From the NCBI RefSeq assembly GCF_009914755.1, contig NC_060936.1: 64,000 nt of DNA. The stretch is one strand, 5' to 3'. The stretch's first letter is position 1. Every line of letters begins with the position of its first letter. The DNA is from the human T2T-CHM13v2.0 reference genome, Homo sapiens. Positions 12,131 through 26,775 of this stretch are shown in pieces. The notes under the pieces are model-generated. The model was given only the letters and a program-made list of their open reading frames with translations, made no database searches and was not told the origin of the DNA. The position numbers and the translations under genes are program-made.

Positions 12131-12539
12131 AAAGGGGAAGGGAAAGGTGGACAAGGCCCGAAGCCAGTTCCTCTGTGAGGCCAGGGCATGCCGAAGGAAT
12201 AGGGGCCATCTCCTCAGCAGGACACCATAATGAGGCTTTGGAGATGTGAGGGGAGCCCAAGCTTGGGAGGGGCCTGGATAGGAAAGTCTGGGAGCTAGAG
12301 TTTCCTGGAGAGGCTGAGAGGAAGAGACTGGAAAACAGGGAAGTTGGAGAATCTCAAAAAAAAAAAAAAAAAAAGTGGAGCAGCGTGGTGCTGTGAAACC
12401 ACTCCATTCTCCCCAAATTTTAACAAAGTTTGATGCACCCAGAAATAATCCAGGCTAGGGGTAGGGGATGGGAAAGAGGAATCACAGAGAGGTGGGTAGC
12501 CAGAGATAAAAACCCAACTTTTAGAATTTTATCATTTTG

Positions 12540-13200
<661 letters not shown>

Positions 13201-14719
13201 GACTTTCCTCCTAGAAGGAAACAGTCTGGACAGGGAGGGCCGCAGATGTCTGCTGCAGGGCTGAGTTCCCTGTCTGGGGCCATGAGGTGAGGAGAAGGGA
13301 GGAAAGCATAGTCGTAGCACAGACTCCACCAGTGAGGCTGGGAAGTTCCGAGCCAGAGCTCAACAACCAGATGCACTGCCCTGGCTGTCCACACTCACCT
13401 GTAACTACACAGAAATCCTGCCAGGGGCACTTGGCTGTCTGCAGAATGGGCGAGAAGAGAGATGCCTAGAAAATAGAGGACAGAGAGGTTGAACAGTAAC
13501 CTGCCTCAACTTCTCTTTCTGTAAGATGGGTTCAAAAACAGCACCGAGCTCACAGGGCTGTGAAGAGGAAAGGGGTTGATAGCTATGAAGTGCTCAGGAC
13601 GGTGGCATAGGAAACACGCAATGGACATCTAATTCTTTGCCAACGTGGCCACACAGAACTGCCGTGATCCCACTGCCGCACCTGGGCCTAGGCCTTTTCC
13701 TCTGCCACCTTCTCAATCACATCTGGTCCTCCTCCGTGAAGCCTTCCTGGAATTCCCAGTGCGCTCTGGCCAGACCCCTGGAGCCCCACAGCCCTGGGTG
13801 TGAGCCCTGGCTCTGCTCCTCCACCCTGAGAAGGTGCCTTCACCTCTGTGAGCCAGCTTTCTCTTCTGGAAAATGTGGATAATTAAAAGCACCTAGGAGG
13901 GTACTAGTGCACTCCGAGCAACACCGAGAGGCTGTGGTTTCTCTGGAGCTGGGGTCCCCTTCCTGGCATCTCTCAGTGCCTTGGGGAAACCCTGTCTATG
14001 ATGCCGAAAGACTCAGATTGTAGTACTCAAGATTCAGAGTGGGCCCAAGGTCTCCCCCAATAGGCTGTGTGACATTGAGTAAGTCACTTTCCCTCTCTGA
14101 GCCTCAGTTTCCCCGTGGTAATCCCTTCCTCACAGAGCAGTTTGGAAGCTGGCAGGAGCCTCTGATGCAGTGCCTGAGACAGGCAGATATTCCATCAATG
14201 GGCATTCTCTCTTCCCCTAGCTACCGGCACAAATGACACCTTCTCTGAGCAGTCTTCCCTGATTGCCCAGCTGCAGTGAACCCTTGGCATGGTCTCTTGC
14301 CTGCACGGTGAACTCCTTGGAAGTTCAGATCAGGCTGCTAGTGCCTTTAGGGTCTCCAGGACCTGGTGCATGTCCCTGTTAATAGTATTCTGGAGATTTT
14401 GAGATTGATGACAATGATAATGACAATTTTTAAAATGTCATTTGAGACCTCCTGGGTCTCCTTAATCTTTCTCCTGCTTTAATTTTAGTTTAACTTGACT
14501 TGAAGTTGTCTTCAGATCCTCTTTTGCAAGGATGCAAGTATAAACAAAGTCATAAATCCTGCATCTGCTCAGAGCCAGCTCTGACAGGCAAGCCTCTGTG
14601 TGCCAGTCTGGAGTGGAATCTCGCCTTCAATGATGACCCTTCAGTTCAAGCAGGGTTTCATGGCCTGTGAGGCTGTTGGCAGTGGGACACACAGATGACC
14701 ACTTCTTGTCATAGTTGTG

Positions 14720-15242
14720 TGTTTATTTTAACTAGAAATTGCATTTGGCTGCATATATCAGAAAACCCAAATAACAGTGGCTTACCCAAATAAGAGGTTT
14801 CTGTTTCCCTCTTAACAAGACATCTGGAGGTGGCCTGTTCAAGGCTGGGAAGGTAGCCCCATCACTCCATGAATACCCAGGCCCTTTTCTACCCCTTTAA
14901 TCCTCATAGTCACCTATGGTCACAAAGTGGCTGCTGTACCTCCAGCATTGCATCTAGATTCCAGGCAGGAAGAGAAAAAAGAGAATAGGGCAAAAGACCT
15001 GCACTAGCTTCCTGCACTGCCACCCACCCACTTTCACCTTTTAAAGAGCTTTTATGGAAGCCCCACCCAAGGACATCCACTTACATCTTATTGGCCAGAG
15101 CTGTGTCGTGGAGCAACCCCTACTTGCAGAGGAAGCTAGAAAAGGTGGGATTCAAACTATCTTGAACAAAATTAGGGTTTTATTAGTGAGGAAGGTGGGG
15201 GCAGAGTGGGTGTTGGGAAGGCATCCGGTAGCACGGACCACA
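14720..15242 (-). mobile_element. Old MaLR LTR (MLT1J/K-like)
   Basis: aacagtggctta...gtcacaaagtggctgctgtacctccagcattgcatc...cttattggccagagc. Confidence 0.75.
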
Positions 15243-15284
15243 CATAATCCAAACCTTTGATTTTGCTGGAATTCTTACTTAGAC

Positions 15285-15469
15285 CAGTGGTTCTCACACT
15301 TGAGAATGTGTGCAAATCTCTTAGGGGGCTTATGAGAACACAGGGAGCTTCCCCCCGACATCAGAATGCCTGATTCAGTGAGTCCAGGGTGGGCCTGAGT
15401 TTACATCTCTAACAAGCTCCCAGGTGATGCTGAGGTTACTGGTGTGGCACCACACTTTGAGAATTGCTG
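15285..15469. mobile_element. MER5A
   Basis: cagtggttctcacacttgag...taacaagctcccaggtgatgctg...accacactttgagaa. Confidence 0.88.
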
Positions 15470-15549
15470 GCTCTCACGGCTCAAGTTGGTACTTGAGTAA
15501 AAGCATGTGAGTTGATTTTAGAAGAAGAAAACAGTAGTTTAGATGCATT

Positions 15550-15950
15550 ATCAGTTAGGATCCCACTAGAAAACAGAGGAGGGTATGCTGACACAGGAAA
15601 TGGAGAAGCGCTAACTAATCAATTATCTGCAAAGGTGTGAGCAGGGGGTAGAGAAGCCCTTCCCCTCCAGTAGCAACAGTGAGGAGCTATCACCACACCT
15701 GAAGGTAAGTTACCAGAACCTGAAGAGGGTGGCTGTAAGAGAGGACCACCCCATAGGAGCCCTATCCTTTGTTGGAGGGATGCAGCCAACCTGGGACATT
15801 GCAGAGAGGAACTGGGGCTGTAAACACCCCCTGGCCTCTTTCTCTACCTGCTTCCAACCTCTAGCTGGACACCCAAGGGCTGGAAGCCAACAGGCCTAGA
15901 TGAACAGAGTGAAGATTGGGCCTGGAGTGACACACTAAAGATGTCCAGCA
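15550..15950. mobile_element. Old ERVL LTR (LTR33-like)
   Basis: caaaggtgtgagcaggg...agcaacagtgaggagctatcaccac...ttaccagaacc. Confidence 0.5.
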
Positions 15951-16029
15951 CAGACAGAAAATATCATGACACCAGGATATCCAGGAGCAACTGTTTGGCA
16001 AACAACAATTTAAAGCAGGCAACTCAGCC

Positions 16030-16160
16030 AGCTCATTCATTCATTCATTCATTCAATTATTCACTGGGGCACCTGCTGTGTACCAGGCACTTACTAGGTG
16101 CCAGGGATTAAGAGATGAATTAATCATGACCCCAATCCAGAGAGCTGCCATCTGCTGAGG
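16030..16160 (-). mobile_element. L2 3' end
   Basis: (CATT)n followed by gcacctgctgtgtaccaggcact. Confidence 0.8.
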
Positions 16161-16269
16161 TCCGAGGCACTCTGGTGGTGGGCAGGTGGGGTCATCTTCC
16201 CCAGTCCCTGCCATAGCCCACCCAGCCAGACTCACGGTGCCTGCCACAGATCTCATCTGCTTGTCACTC

Positions 16270-16760
16270 AAATTCCACTGTGATTTAATCTTTCATTAAA
16301 GTTTAACTATGGGGGAAAGACTGCAAAAAAAAATCACCTGCTCCATCACACATCGCAATGTTTTTATGCACTAAAACAGGAGCTGCAGGAATAGGCTGAC
16401 GGGATTTGGCTGGGATTAGGGACAAAATGAATCTAAACCACTGGGTGCCCGTGCGTCCCCGTGGGAATACCCTGTAAACCTTTATGCATATAGATTTATA
16501 TCGGCGAACTCTTGATTATGGTATTTGTTTTCCTGGGCTGCAAACAAAACCTCAGCCCTCAGCGGTCCCCTCGCTGCCGCGTCAGCCGCACACAGAATGT
16601 CTCCAGGCTCCACAGCCAATAACAAAAATGATGAAGAATCTGATGCAGACGTGGATAATTGCTGTGGCTTCCTCCCGTGAATTTAAATAGCTTTCTTGAG
16701 TTACTGCTTTTGACAAGATCAATAAAATTGAGCTACTGCTGTATCAGGCCTTTCGGCAGA
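16270..16760. promoter_or_regulatory. Candidate conserved enhancer
   Basis: Repeat-free; dense homeodomain/POU/FOX/MEIS-type motifs; retained CpGs. Confidence 0.5.
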
Positions 16761-16912
16761 TACATAGGGAGCTAGGCTTCTGGGGCTGACTGTTCAACAG
16801 TGACCCCAGCTCTCCCAGCAGGCCGGTGAGGGGCTTGGGGGCGTGCACGGAGTGAGGCCAGGAATGGGCTAGAGGGGCCAGTGCAGGACAAACACACGAA
16901 CTTCAAGATCCT

Positions 16913-17210
16913 GGCCATGGCTGGATCTCACACTTGTAATGTCAGCATTTTGGGAGGCTGAGGCAGGAGGATTGCTTGAGCCCAGAAGTTCAAGACTAGC
17001 CTGGGCAACATAGTGAGACCCTGTCTCTACAAAACTTTAAAAACATTAGCTGGACATGGTGTTCCATACTCGTAGTCCTGGCTACTAGGGAGGCTAAGGC
17101 AGGAGGATCCCTTGAGCCCCAGAGGTCAAGGTTGCAGTGAGCTATGATCATGCCACTACGCTGTAGCCAATGTGACAGGGCAATATCCTGTCTCTAAAAA
17201 AACAAAAACA
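16913..17210 (+). mobile_element. AluJ-like
   Basis: ggattgcttgagcccagaagttcaag J-type left arm. Confidence 0.93.
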
Positions 17211-17597
<387 letters not shown>

Positions 17598-17979
17598 TTA
17601 ATTAAGCAAAACTTACCCATATCCTCTGCCTTCTAAAATGACAGGTGGCCAGTGAGGGAACCCAGTCCTTGCTGGGTATTAAAGGGAGGCGCTCAGCACA
17701 CAGTCCCCACCTTCCAGGAAGCTCATCTGCACTATAACCGAGGCCTCCCGGACACAAAGACTCCCACCACAGGAAGTGGCTCGATGATGGGTTTCACATC
17801 TCAAGACCACAGATTCCCTCTAGCAGCGTGGATTTTAGACAGTGGAAAGGTACCAAGATAGAACACTTTTTACCAGGTAATATTCACATGACATAGAATT
17901 AACCCTTGCAGCATGTACAGTTCAGTGGTATTTAATCCATTCACCTTTATCTAGTTCCAAGCCATTTTCCTCCCCCAGC

Positions 17980-18120
17980 CTGTGCAGCTTTGGGCACTTG
18001 ATGCTCAGCCTCTGTGAGCCTCAGTTTCCTCATCCATGCAGTGGGAACTGACTGCACCTGCCTCACAGGCTGCTGTGAAGATTATGTGGGGAAACAGGGA
18101 ATGTATTTCACCCAGTGCAG
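17980..18120 (+). mobile_element. MIR
   Basis: ctctgtgagcctcagtttcctcatc. Confidence 0.75.
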
Positions 18121-18134
18121 GCCCTTGGGGAGTT

Positions 18135-18550
18135 TACTGGGGTGAATATCATCCCCGCTCTCCAAATCCATGTCCACCCTGAACCTGTGAATGTGATCTT
18201 ATCTGGAAACAGGGTTTTGCAGATGGAACCAAGTTAAGATGAGGTCACACTGGAGTAGGCAAGCCCTAAATGAAGTGACTGGTATCCTTATAAAAACAGA
18301 TGACGCACAAAGGACAGCCAGCCAGTGACGCAGCTGCGTCAAGGAAGGAAGGTCCGGGGTTGCGGGCAGCTGCTAGGAGCTGGAAGGGGCAGGAAGGCTC
18401 CTCCGCTAGAGCCTCCAGAGGAAGCACCGCCCTGTGGACACCTTGATTTCTGACTTCTGGCATCCAGAACACTGAGAGAATGCATTTCTGTTGTTTTAAG
18501 CCACGCAGCTTGTGGCTTAATTAGTTACGCCAGCCCTAGCCAACAAATAA
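18135..18550 (+). mobile_element. MaLR LTR (MLT1B/C-like)
   Basis: gaacctgtgaatgtgatcttat...gacaccttgatttctgacttctggc...ttctgttgttttaagccac. Confidence 0.88.
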
Positions 18551-18889
18551 AGGGAGGCTTCCGCAAGTGGGAGGTGTTCTCATGGTTACTGGAGTTATTC
18601 AGCACCCTGACCGGCCAGGAAGGCAGGCTGGGGCAGAGGACCCAAGGAGGCTGAATGGCTGGGGAGAAAGCCCTGGCAGGCTCACAGGGCAGCCCCCCAC
18701 TCTCCAAGTGGCAGTTCCACAGCCAGCTCCCAAGGTGCACCCCGTACTCTGTCATACCCCCAAACCGTCCCCTCCAGGTACAGGATCAGCTGGGGGCTGT
18801 CATGGCCCACGGCAGTTTCCATTGTCTGGGAACCACGCACCTTGCAGCCTCAGGCTTGTTGCTTTTGATTATACACCCCTTCTCTTCTC

Positions 18890-19203
<314 letters not shown>

Positions 19204-19948
19204 TGGAAGCATAATCTTTAAAAAAAAATTTTTTTGGAGGAATGGTGGTAAGAGGGAGAGTGCTTGAGGCCTGGTTGGAGGGCAAACCGACAGAGGACGA
19301 AGCATGTGACAGTCTGGCAGATGGCAGCCCATGGACCTGGGAGCAGATCCCTGGGAGCTGTCCAAGGTGTAAGTGTGAATGGCAGATGCTGTGCTGGCCA
19401 GGACGTGCTGGATGAGGCGTCCCAGGGGCATCACAGGACCAAACCTCCCTCCAGCTTCTCAGGCCTCACAGAGGGCTCAGGTCTTGATCAAGGACCGGCT
19501 TTGGTGGGTTGGGGTTAGGGTCAGAGGTGGGCATTGAATGAGGGCCAGTCCTAAGCTAAGTTGAGGTGTAGGGCTGGGATGATGAGAGAAGACCCTTTGC
19601 GGGTCTTCAGACCTCTAGACTCAAATGCCAGGTGCAGAAGGAGAGGTGAGTCATTTTTGAGAGGAGCTGAGCACAAGTGTCACCTGCCCCTGCTGGAAGC
19701 CATTAGCTGACCTCTTTAGACACAGGTGGAGGCTCCTGGGGCAGAACACCAGAATGTCAATCAACATTATTCTCAAGAGGGGCATGGGTCACCTGAAATT
19801 AGAGAATCCCCCTGGAGAAGACTGTGCAGCGAGTGATTCCACTCAAAACCCCCTTCCAGCCCAGCCGCCCATGAATGAGAGGCTCTCCCCTGAAATGCTT
19901 GGTACTCCAGGAGCAAATACCACTAAAACTTCCTACCTGATCTCCCTC

Positions 19949-20402
19949 TGAGGTAGGAGGCAGGACTCAACTCGAGGCAGAGCTCAGACACTGGACCAAA
20001 TTGAGGACTATCTAAAATAGGAGCAGGGCAGAAGCAACTTTCTATAAGACACACCCACCAGTGTGCCATGTCAGTTTACCATTGCCATGGCAACACCTGG
20101 ACGTTATCACCCCTTTCCATGGCAATGACCTGATGACTCAAAAGTTACCACCTTTTTTCTAGAAGTGTCTGGATAACCCACCCCTTAATTGCATATCATT
20201 AGGAGTGGGTATAAAGGAGACTGCAGGGCTGCCTCTGAGCTGCTGCTCTGGGCACACTGCCCGATCTCCCAGTGCCTCTGCTGCTGCCCTGCACTGCGGC
20301 TGCAATCAAACACCACCAGCTTGCCCTTGAATTCTTTCCTGGGTGGAGCCAAGAACCCTCCCAGGCTAAGCCCTGATTCTGGGGCTTGCCTGCCCTACAT
20401 CA
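19949..20402 (+). mobile_element. ERV1 solo LTR (MER66-like)
   Basis: TG...CA ends (tgaggtaggagg / ctgccctacatca), near-identical 4-bp flanks cctc/cctt, TATA-like gggtataaa, ttgaattctttcctgg...gccaagaacc R/U5 motif. Confidence 0.85.
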
Positions 20403-20748
20403 CCTTAACCCCAAACTGGGGCTCTAGGAATTCCTGTTTCCATCAGCAACAGTTATTTTCCCCAGAGAGCCCAAAGCAGACCAAAAGAGGCAAAGCAGTG
20501 GGGAAAAAACAAGCCCACTCCATTTGCAATGTCCTTCTGCTCATTTCCACCTGGTAAAATCCATATCAAAAGCCCCCAGGGGATGCTGGGGAGATGTGGG
20601 CTGGGGAAGAGCAGTTCAGGCTTCCCCTCCAGTGGGTTGATGCAGATAGCAGGAGGCTGATGAACCTTGCTGAGGACAGATCAAAAGATGCTGTCTCATT
20701 ATGGGGCTTCCAGATCATGGCAGATTACCCTTATGTCTGCTTTAGCCC

Positions 20749-21397
<649 letters not shown>

Positions 21398-22394
21398 TAA
21401 GGGTCTGGGTGTCTGGAGACGGGGTGATGCGCAGCCAGGTTAGAGACCTGCCTTTTTCAACCAAGCTCTGCTGTGCCCAAGTGCACAAGGCACCCCTCGG
21501 CCTGCATTCCCTTGGAAGTCTTTGGCCGCATAAATGTTATCACAAATCTGGGTTCCTGACGGTGGTAGATACCAGCCTGAACTATGCACGAGGCCCGACA
21601 GCTCTCAGAAGAAGGCTGGTTTGAATTTCTGAAGCCAAACCAAACACTGGCTCAAAAACATTTTCTTATTATCTCATTCCCTGACTACGGAACAATCACC
21701 CCATTGAAAAACCACAAGCCCGCCCAAGTTTTAAATTAAACCTCTTGAGTTTTCCCTGTGAGAGCAGATAAAATCCTTCCAGCTTATGTTTTAAGGAAAG
21801 AATTTGGGGTGTGTGTGCGTGTGTGTGTGCGTGTCTGTGTATTTCCCCTAAACCTATGTTCTTTTGTTGGGTTCCTGAGCACGCTGTTGAAATATTTCAC
21901 TTGAGGACATCATTACATTTCATGGATGTTGAAGTATCCTTCCAGGAGCAGCTACTCCACGGCTGTTTGGATTTAGAATGCAGCTCTTTTGGGAAGGAAG
22001 AGATAAGTCCTCTTCCAAGAAGTAAGCTTCCCAGAGTGGCCTTGAAGGGCTGAGATGAGATTCTTGCAAGAGGTATTCAGTCCCCACCCGCGTATTTGTT
22101 CATTAGATGCCGACCGTAGGCTCTGAAAATCCACTGTGTGAAAAATCTCAAGCTGTAGGCTGGCAAGGAGATTGAGAAGACAGAGAGGGTTTTGTTCCTC
22201 AGCTGGCGTCAGAAGAAGCCTAAGCTCTACTCTTGGCCCCACTCAGAGCAGCTGGGCTAATGCTGGCCCATGTCTTTGCCTCTCAGCATCTCAGTTGCCT
22301 TATCCCTAAAGGAGGAATGCGCATAGGGGCTCCTACTACAGAATTCCCAACAGCGAAAGCCTGAGAAGATGCTACTACTATACTGTTGTGCAGT

Positions 22395-22520
22395 CATTCA
22401 ACAAACATTTGCTGAGCACCTACTGTGTGCTGGATTCTGTTTTAGGCACTTGGGAGACAGCAGGAAACTAGACAAGCAGCATCCCTGCCTGCCTGGTGCT
22501 AACATTCTGGAAGGTGGAAA
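22395..22520 (-). mobile_element. L2 3' end
   Basis: cattcaacaaacatttgctgagcacctactgtgtgc. Confidence 0.88.
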
Positions 22521-23129
22521 AACTCGTCTTTCGAAAGCTAGGAATCATTTCTGATTTTGTTTTGGAAGTGACGTTGGGCTTTTGATGGTGCCTGGTACGT
22601 AATAGGTTGTTGATTATTTTCTCTTTTTTAATGAATGGTGAATAACCCACACCATGAGGAAAGGGCTTGGAGATAGTGTGTGCTTAGGGGAGAGGCGGGA
22701 TTCTGGCTGCTGGAGGTTGCTGTCCTATACCTCCTGGGCACTGGTAATACTGGGGACCCCATGTAGCACCCTTGACCCATCTGAGACATTCCTGAGCACC
22801 CCTCCCTGAGAACAGTGAGCACAGACACCAGGCCACCCCAGGTAGAGTCTGACCTCTGCAATCAGTGACAAAAACCAGGCTTTACAGTGAGGGCGGAGCT
22901 TAGCGACATGGAGCAGCTTCTCCATTCAATCCCAGAGGGATTCTGTGCACATTGGAGTGTGTGGACAACGCTTACAAACGGAGATGTTCCATCTCAGTTC
23001 TTGAATATGAAGAACTGTGTCCTGCAAGGTTGCTGCAAGGATTGCTGCACGTAGAGGGTCTCCTGTGTGCCAGGCATGGCTAGGGGGCCAGGGACACAAA
23101 GGACTAGACAGGGGGTCGAAGGCTCAAAA

Positions 23130-23250
23130 TCATATTCAAGATGAGGAAACTGAGGCTCAGAGACGCTAAGCACACTTCCAAGGTCATACAGCCAATGAGC
23201 GGGAGAGCCGGGATTTGGACCGCTGACCACCTGGTTTCCAAACCTGGTCT
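23130..23250 (-). mobile_element. MIR
   Basis: gatgaggaaactgaggctcagaga...caaggtcatacagc. Confidence 0.85.
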
Positions 23251-23352
23251 CCCTTCACCCCTCCTCCCCGCTCCACGCCTGCAGTCTCCAGGACGGAGAA
23301 AGTCCTTTTCACTTAGCGTTCCACTTGTGTCCTCATTAGAACTCCTACTTGC

Positions 23353-23406
23353 GGCCGGGCGTGGCAGCTCACGCCTGTAATCCCAGCACTTTCGGAGGCT
23401 AGAGGC
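23353..23406 (+). mobile_element. Isolated Alu 5' head (about 50 bp)
   Basis: ggccgggcgtggcagctcacgcctgtaatcccagcactttcggaggc followed by non-Alu sequence. Confidence 0.9.
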
Positions 23407-23485
23407 AAGACAGGCAGCGTCAACAAGCAGAGCTGCTGGGGCACGGCGATAGGGACTGGAAGGGAGTGGAGTGAAGTGACCATGA

Positions 23486-23899
<414 letters not shown>

Positions 23900-25177
23900 T
23901 GATTTTTTTAACAGAGCCCAGATTTTTAATGTGAAACATCCTACCTTTTAAATGATGCCAGTTAATGTTTTAAAAAATAATGAATCTCTGTGCAAGAGCA
24001 GCTAAGCACATTTGTGGCCCACCAGTGGACAAACTCTGAGTTAGACATTGTGGCAGCTGGGGAGGGGGCTCCTGCTTTCACTGAATTTGCAGGCCCCGGG
24101 GGAGCTGGCTGTGAGGAAGCCAGTTCTCAGCTCTGGAGTGACCATGTGTGGTGGGTTCTACAGCGGGGAAGCACTGTGGGCTGGGCGAGTGCGTTCTTCC
24201 AGGAGGAGGATTTGGCTCTGCCCTGACGGCTGAGTGTGGGGTGAAGGGGAGCGGGCAGGAGGCTGGGGAAGGTCAGGCCCTGCAGAGGAAATGGCTTCAG
24301 CAAAGGCTTGGCAGAGGGACTTGGCCCCGGCCATCTGCACATCCGAAGGGCATCCAGCGTGTCCCTTGGCAACACAAGGAGCAGTTACTCCATCCCTCAC
24401 TCAGTGGAAAAGGAGGGCAGCCCCTTCTTGATAACTGTGCCATGCTCAGGAATCGCCAGCCAGAGCGGCAGTGAGTAGAGGGCAGGTCAGGCTGGCCTGG
24501 GGTCCCTGGCCCCATGTACTGGCTGGAAACCGGAGCCTCCTTGGGGGCCTCTCTGTGCCTGCCATTATCCACTCCAGTCTTAGCTCCTAGACCCTGCCTG
24601 GCCCTCTCTTTCCTGAAGGAGGGAACCTGGAAACGCACTTCAGATTCCTCGGTGCTTATGTACTGTTTGGGGCGAGGCCTGGCACATTCCAGAACAAATG
24701 GAATTAGCAGGCAGTGAGGGGGGAGTAAGCTCCACAGGGAGGAGGCGGGATAGAGGCAGCAGAGGGAGGCCGCTGGCCTGGGTTTTGCTCCTCCTGGCAG
24801 GGTCTGCATGGAGCTTTGGCCCTCAGTCTTCCTCTCCCCAGCCTCTACTGTTCCAGATCACCATGGGGTCTCGGAGAGGGGCTCTTAGTCAGGAGGAAAT
24901 CCTCCAGGGTCAAAGCCAAGGTTAAAGTGACTTCCGTGTGAGCATCTTCTTCCTACCCAGCACCGGTTTATGATGAACAGACAGCGAAGGCTCCATTGCA
25001 ACTGGAGGTGGGTTTGGAGGCAAAGCTGGAGGGGACCCACTGTGTTCCAGCTATCCGTTTGGAACAACTGCCACTTAGGAGCCCAGAACCTTCTCTGGCA
25101 GACTCTCCATTGAGAATGTTCATATCCAGGACTGTGCATACAGTCAGTACTCAATAAATGCACTTTTTTTTCCCAAA

Positions 25178-25307
25178 GGGCCAGGTGTCACAGCTCATAC
25201 CTGTAATCCCAGTGCTCTGGGAGGACAAGGCAGGAGGATCACTTGAAGCCAGGAGTTCGGGACCAGCCTGGGCAACATGGCAAGACCCTGTCTCTAAAAA
25301 ATAAAAA
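25178..25307 (+). mobile_element. Alu left monomer (FLAM/AluJ)
   Basis: Single arm ending tctctaaaaaataaaaa. Confidence 0.9.
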
Positions 25308-25308
25308 T

Positions 25309-25630
25309 GGGGCGCAGTGGCTCATGCCTGTAATCCCAGCACCTGGGAGGCTGAGGCAGGCGGATCACTTGAGGCCAGGAGTTCGAGACCAGCCTGGGCA
25401 ACATGGTAAAACCCCCATCTCTACTAAAAAATACAAAAATTAGCCAGGCATGGTGGCGGGCACCTGTAATCCCAGCTACTCAGGAGGCTGAGGCAGGAGA
25501 ATCCCTTGAACCCAGGAGGTGGAGGTTGCGGTGAGCTTGGATCGCGTCATGGTATTCCAACCTCGGGTGACAAGCGAAGCGAGACTCTATCTCAAAAAAA
25601 ATTAATTAATTAAAATTAAAATTAAAAATA
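25309..25630 (+). mobile_element. AluS/J-like
   Basis: Dimer with AT-rich tail. Confidence 0.94.
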
Positions 25631-25754
25631 TTTTTTAAGAAGAAGATTATCTGAAGAGGGACAGACTGAATCTGCTTTCTGAGGTGGCACTCCCCACCCT
25701 CCCAGCCCATGGGACCTGCACACCCTCAGCCAGTCTCTCTCTGAAGACTACTCA

Positions 25755-26012
25755 GAAGGAAAAATATTAATATGTTCAAACCCTAATCAAATCTGGATAA
25801 TTTCACTAGAAACCGCTCCATAATTTCATCAGCGTTAAAGGATTACAATAGCAACAAATTAAACCAACGGGCATGAATTTAGTTGCTCAAGAGGAAAATG
25901 TAGCTTGATTTAGAAACGGATGTTACAGTTTATTAACCAATCTAAATTAATTCGATTTTGAGCCACTGTTAAATATACATTAGGATGTATCACCCAATAG
26001 CACAGCTGACAG
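25755..26012. promoter_or_regulatory. Candidate conserved AT-rich homeodomain-site enhancer
   Basis: Abrupt AT-rich, high-complexity island with many TAAT/ATTA cores. Confidence 0.55.
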
Positions 26013-26129
26013 GGGGAAAGAGAGGAGAGGAAGGAAAGCAAGGGAGGCTGACAGGAGCTTGTTGCCTACGCAAAAAAACAGTTTGTTAATTCTGAGGCAT
26101 GGGGCTGGGTGTCCAAAATTGGAGGAGGG

Positions 26130-26600
26130 AGTACCAGAGAAGACTCTGAGTAGCAAGAATTACAAACTCAACTGAAGCTGCCTTAAACCAAAGGGAGGAT
26201 TTATTATCTCAGTATCTGAAACTATCAGGGCAGAGGTAGCTTCAGGTACAGCTGGATCCAGGTGCTCCAGGTCAATAGGCACTGGCCTTTTTCTATTTAT
26301 TAGTCTATTTTTTCCTGTGTAGATTTTACTCTCAAGCAGGATCTTCCTACCTGGAGGTAGGATGACCACCAGCAGCTCTAAGTCTTCATTCTTCTGTCCC
26401 AGCCCCTTGAAGAAAGAGAGCTTCTCTGATACTCTTGGTCCCATGCTGAATTTCAGGTGAAGCTCTTGGTGGCCTGGCCAAGGTCATGAACCACTCTGAT
26501 GAGCCAGGCTTGGGCCCCTTACCCATCCTTGAGCTGGGGAGGAGGGGAGGATGGTCAGCTTGGCCTGTGGCAGGTGGTCTGAGAGCAGGAGGGAAGCTGG
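26130..26600 (-). mobile_element. Old MaLR LTR (MLT1K/L-like)
   Basis: agcttcaggtacagctggatccaggtgctc. Confidence 0.65.
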
Positions 26601-26775
26601 TACCAGCAACAGGAGAACGGATGCTGCCCACATAGGAGCAGGAACTGTGGACTCCCAGAAGGAGCAGGCCTGCACCAAGCCCCAAGAGACAGAGGGGCAT
26701 GCGGGAGTCACATGGCTCGTCTGGGACTCCCTCCCAGCCAGGGACTGTTTCTACCTCCCCAGTTTTCTTATTTGA

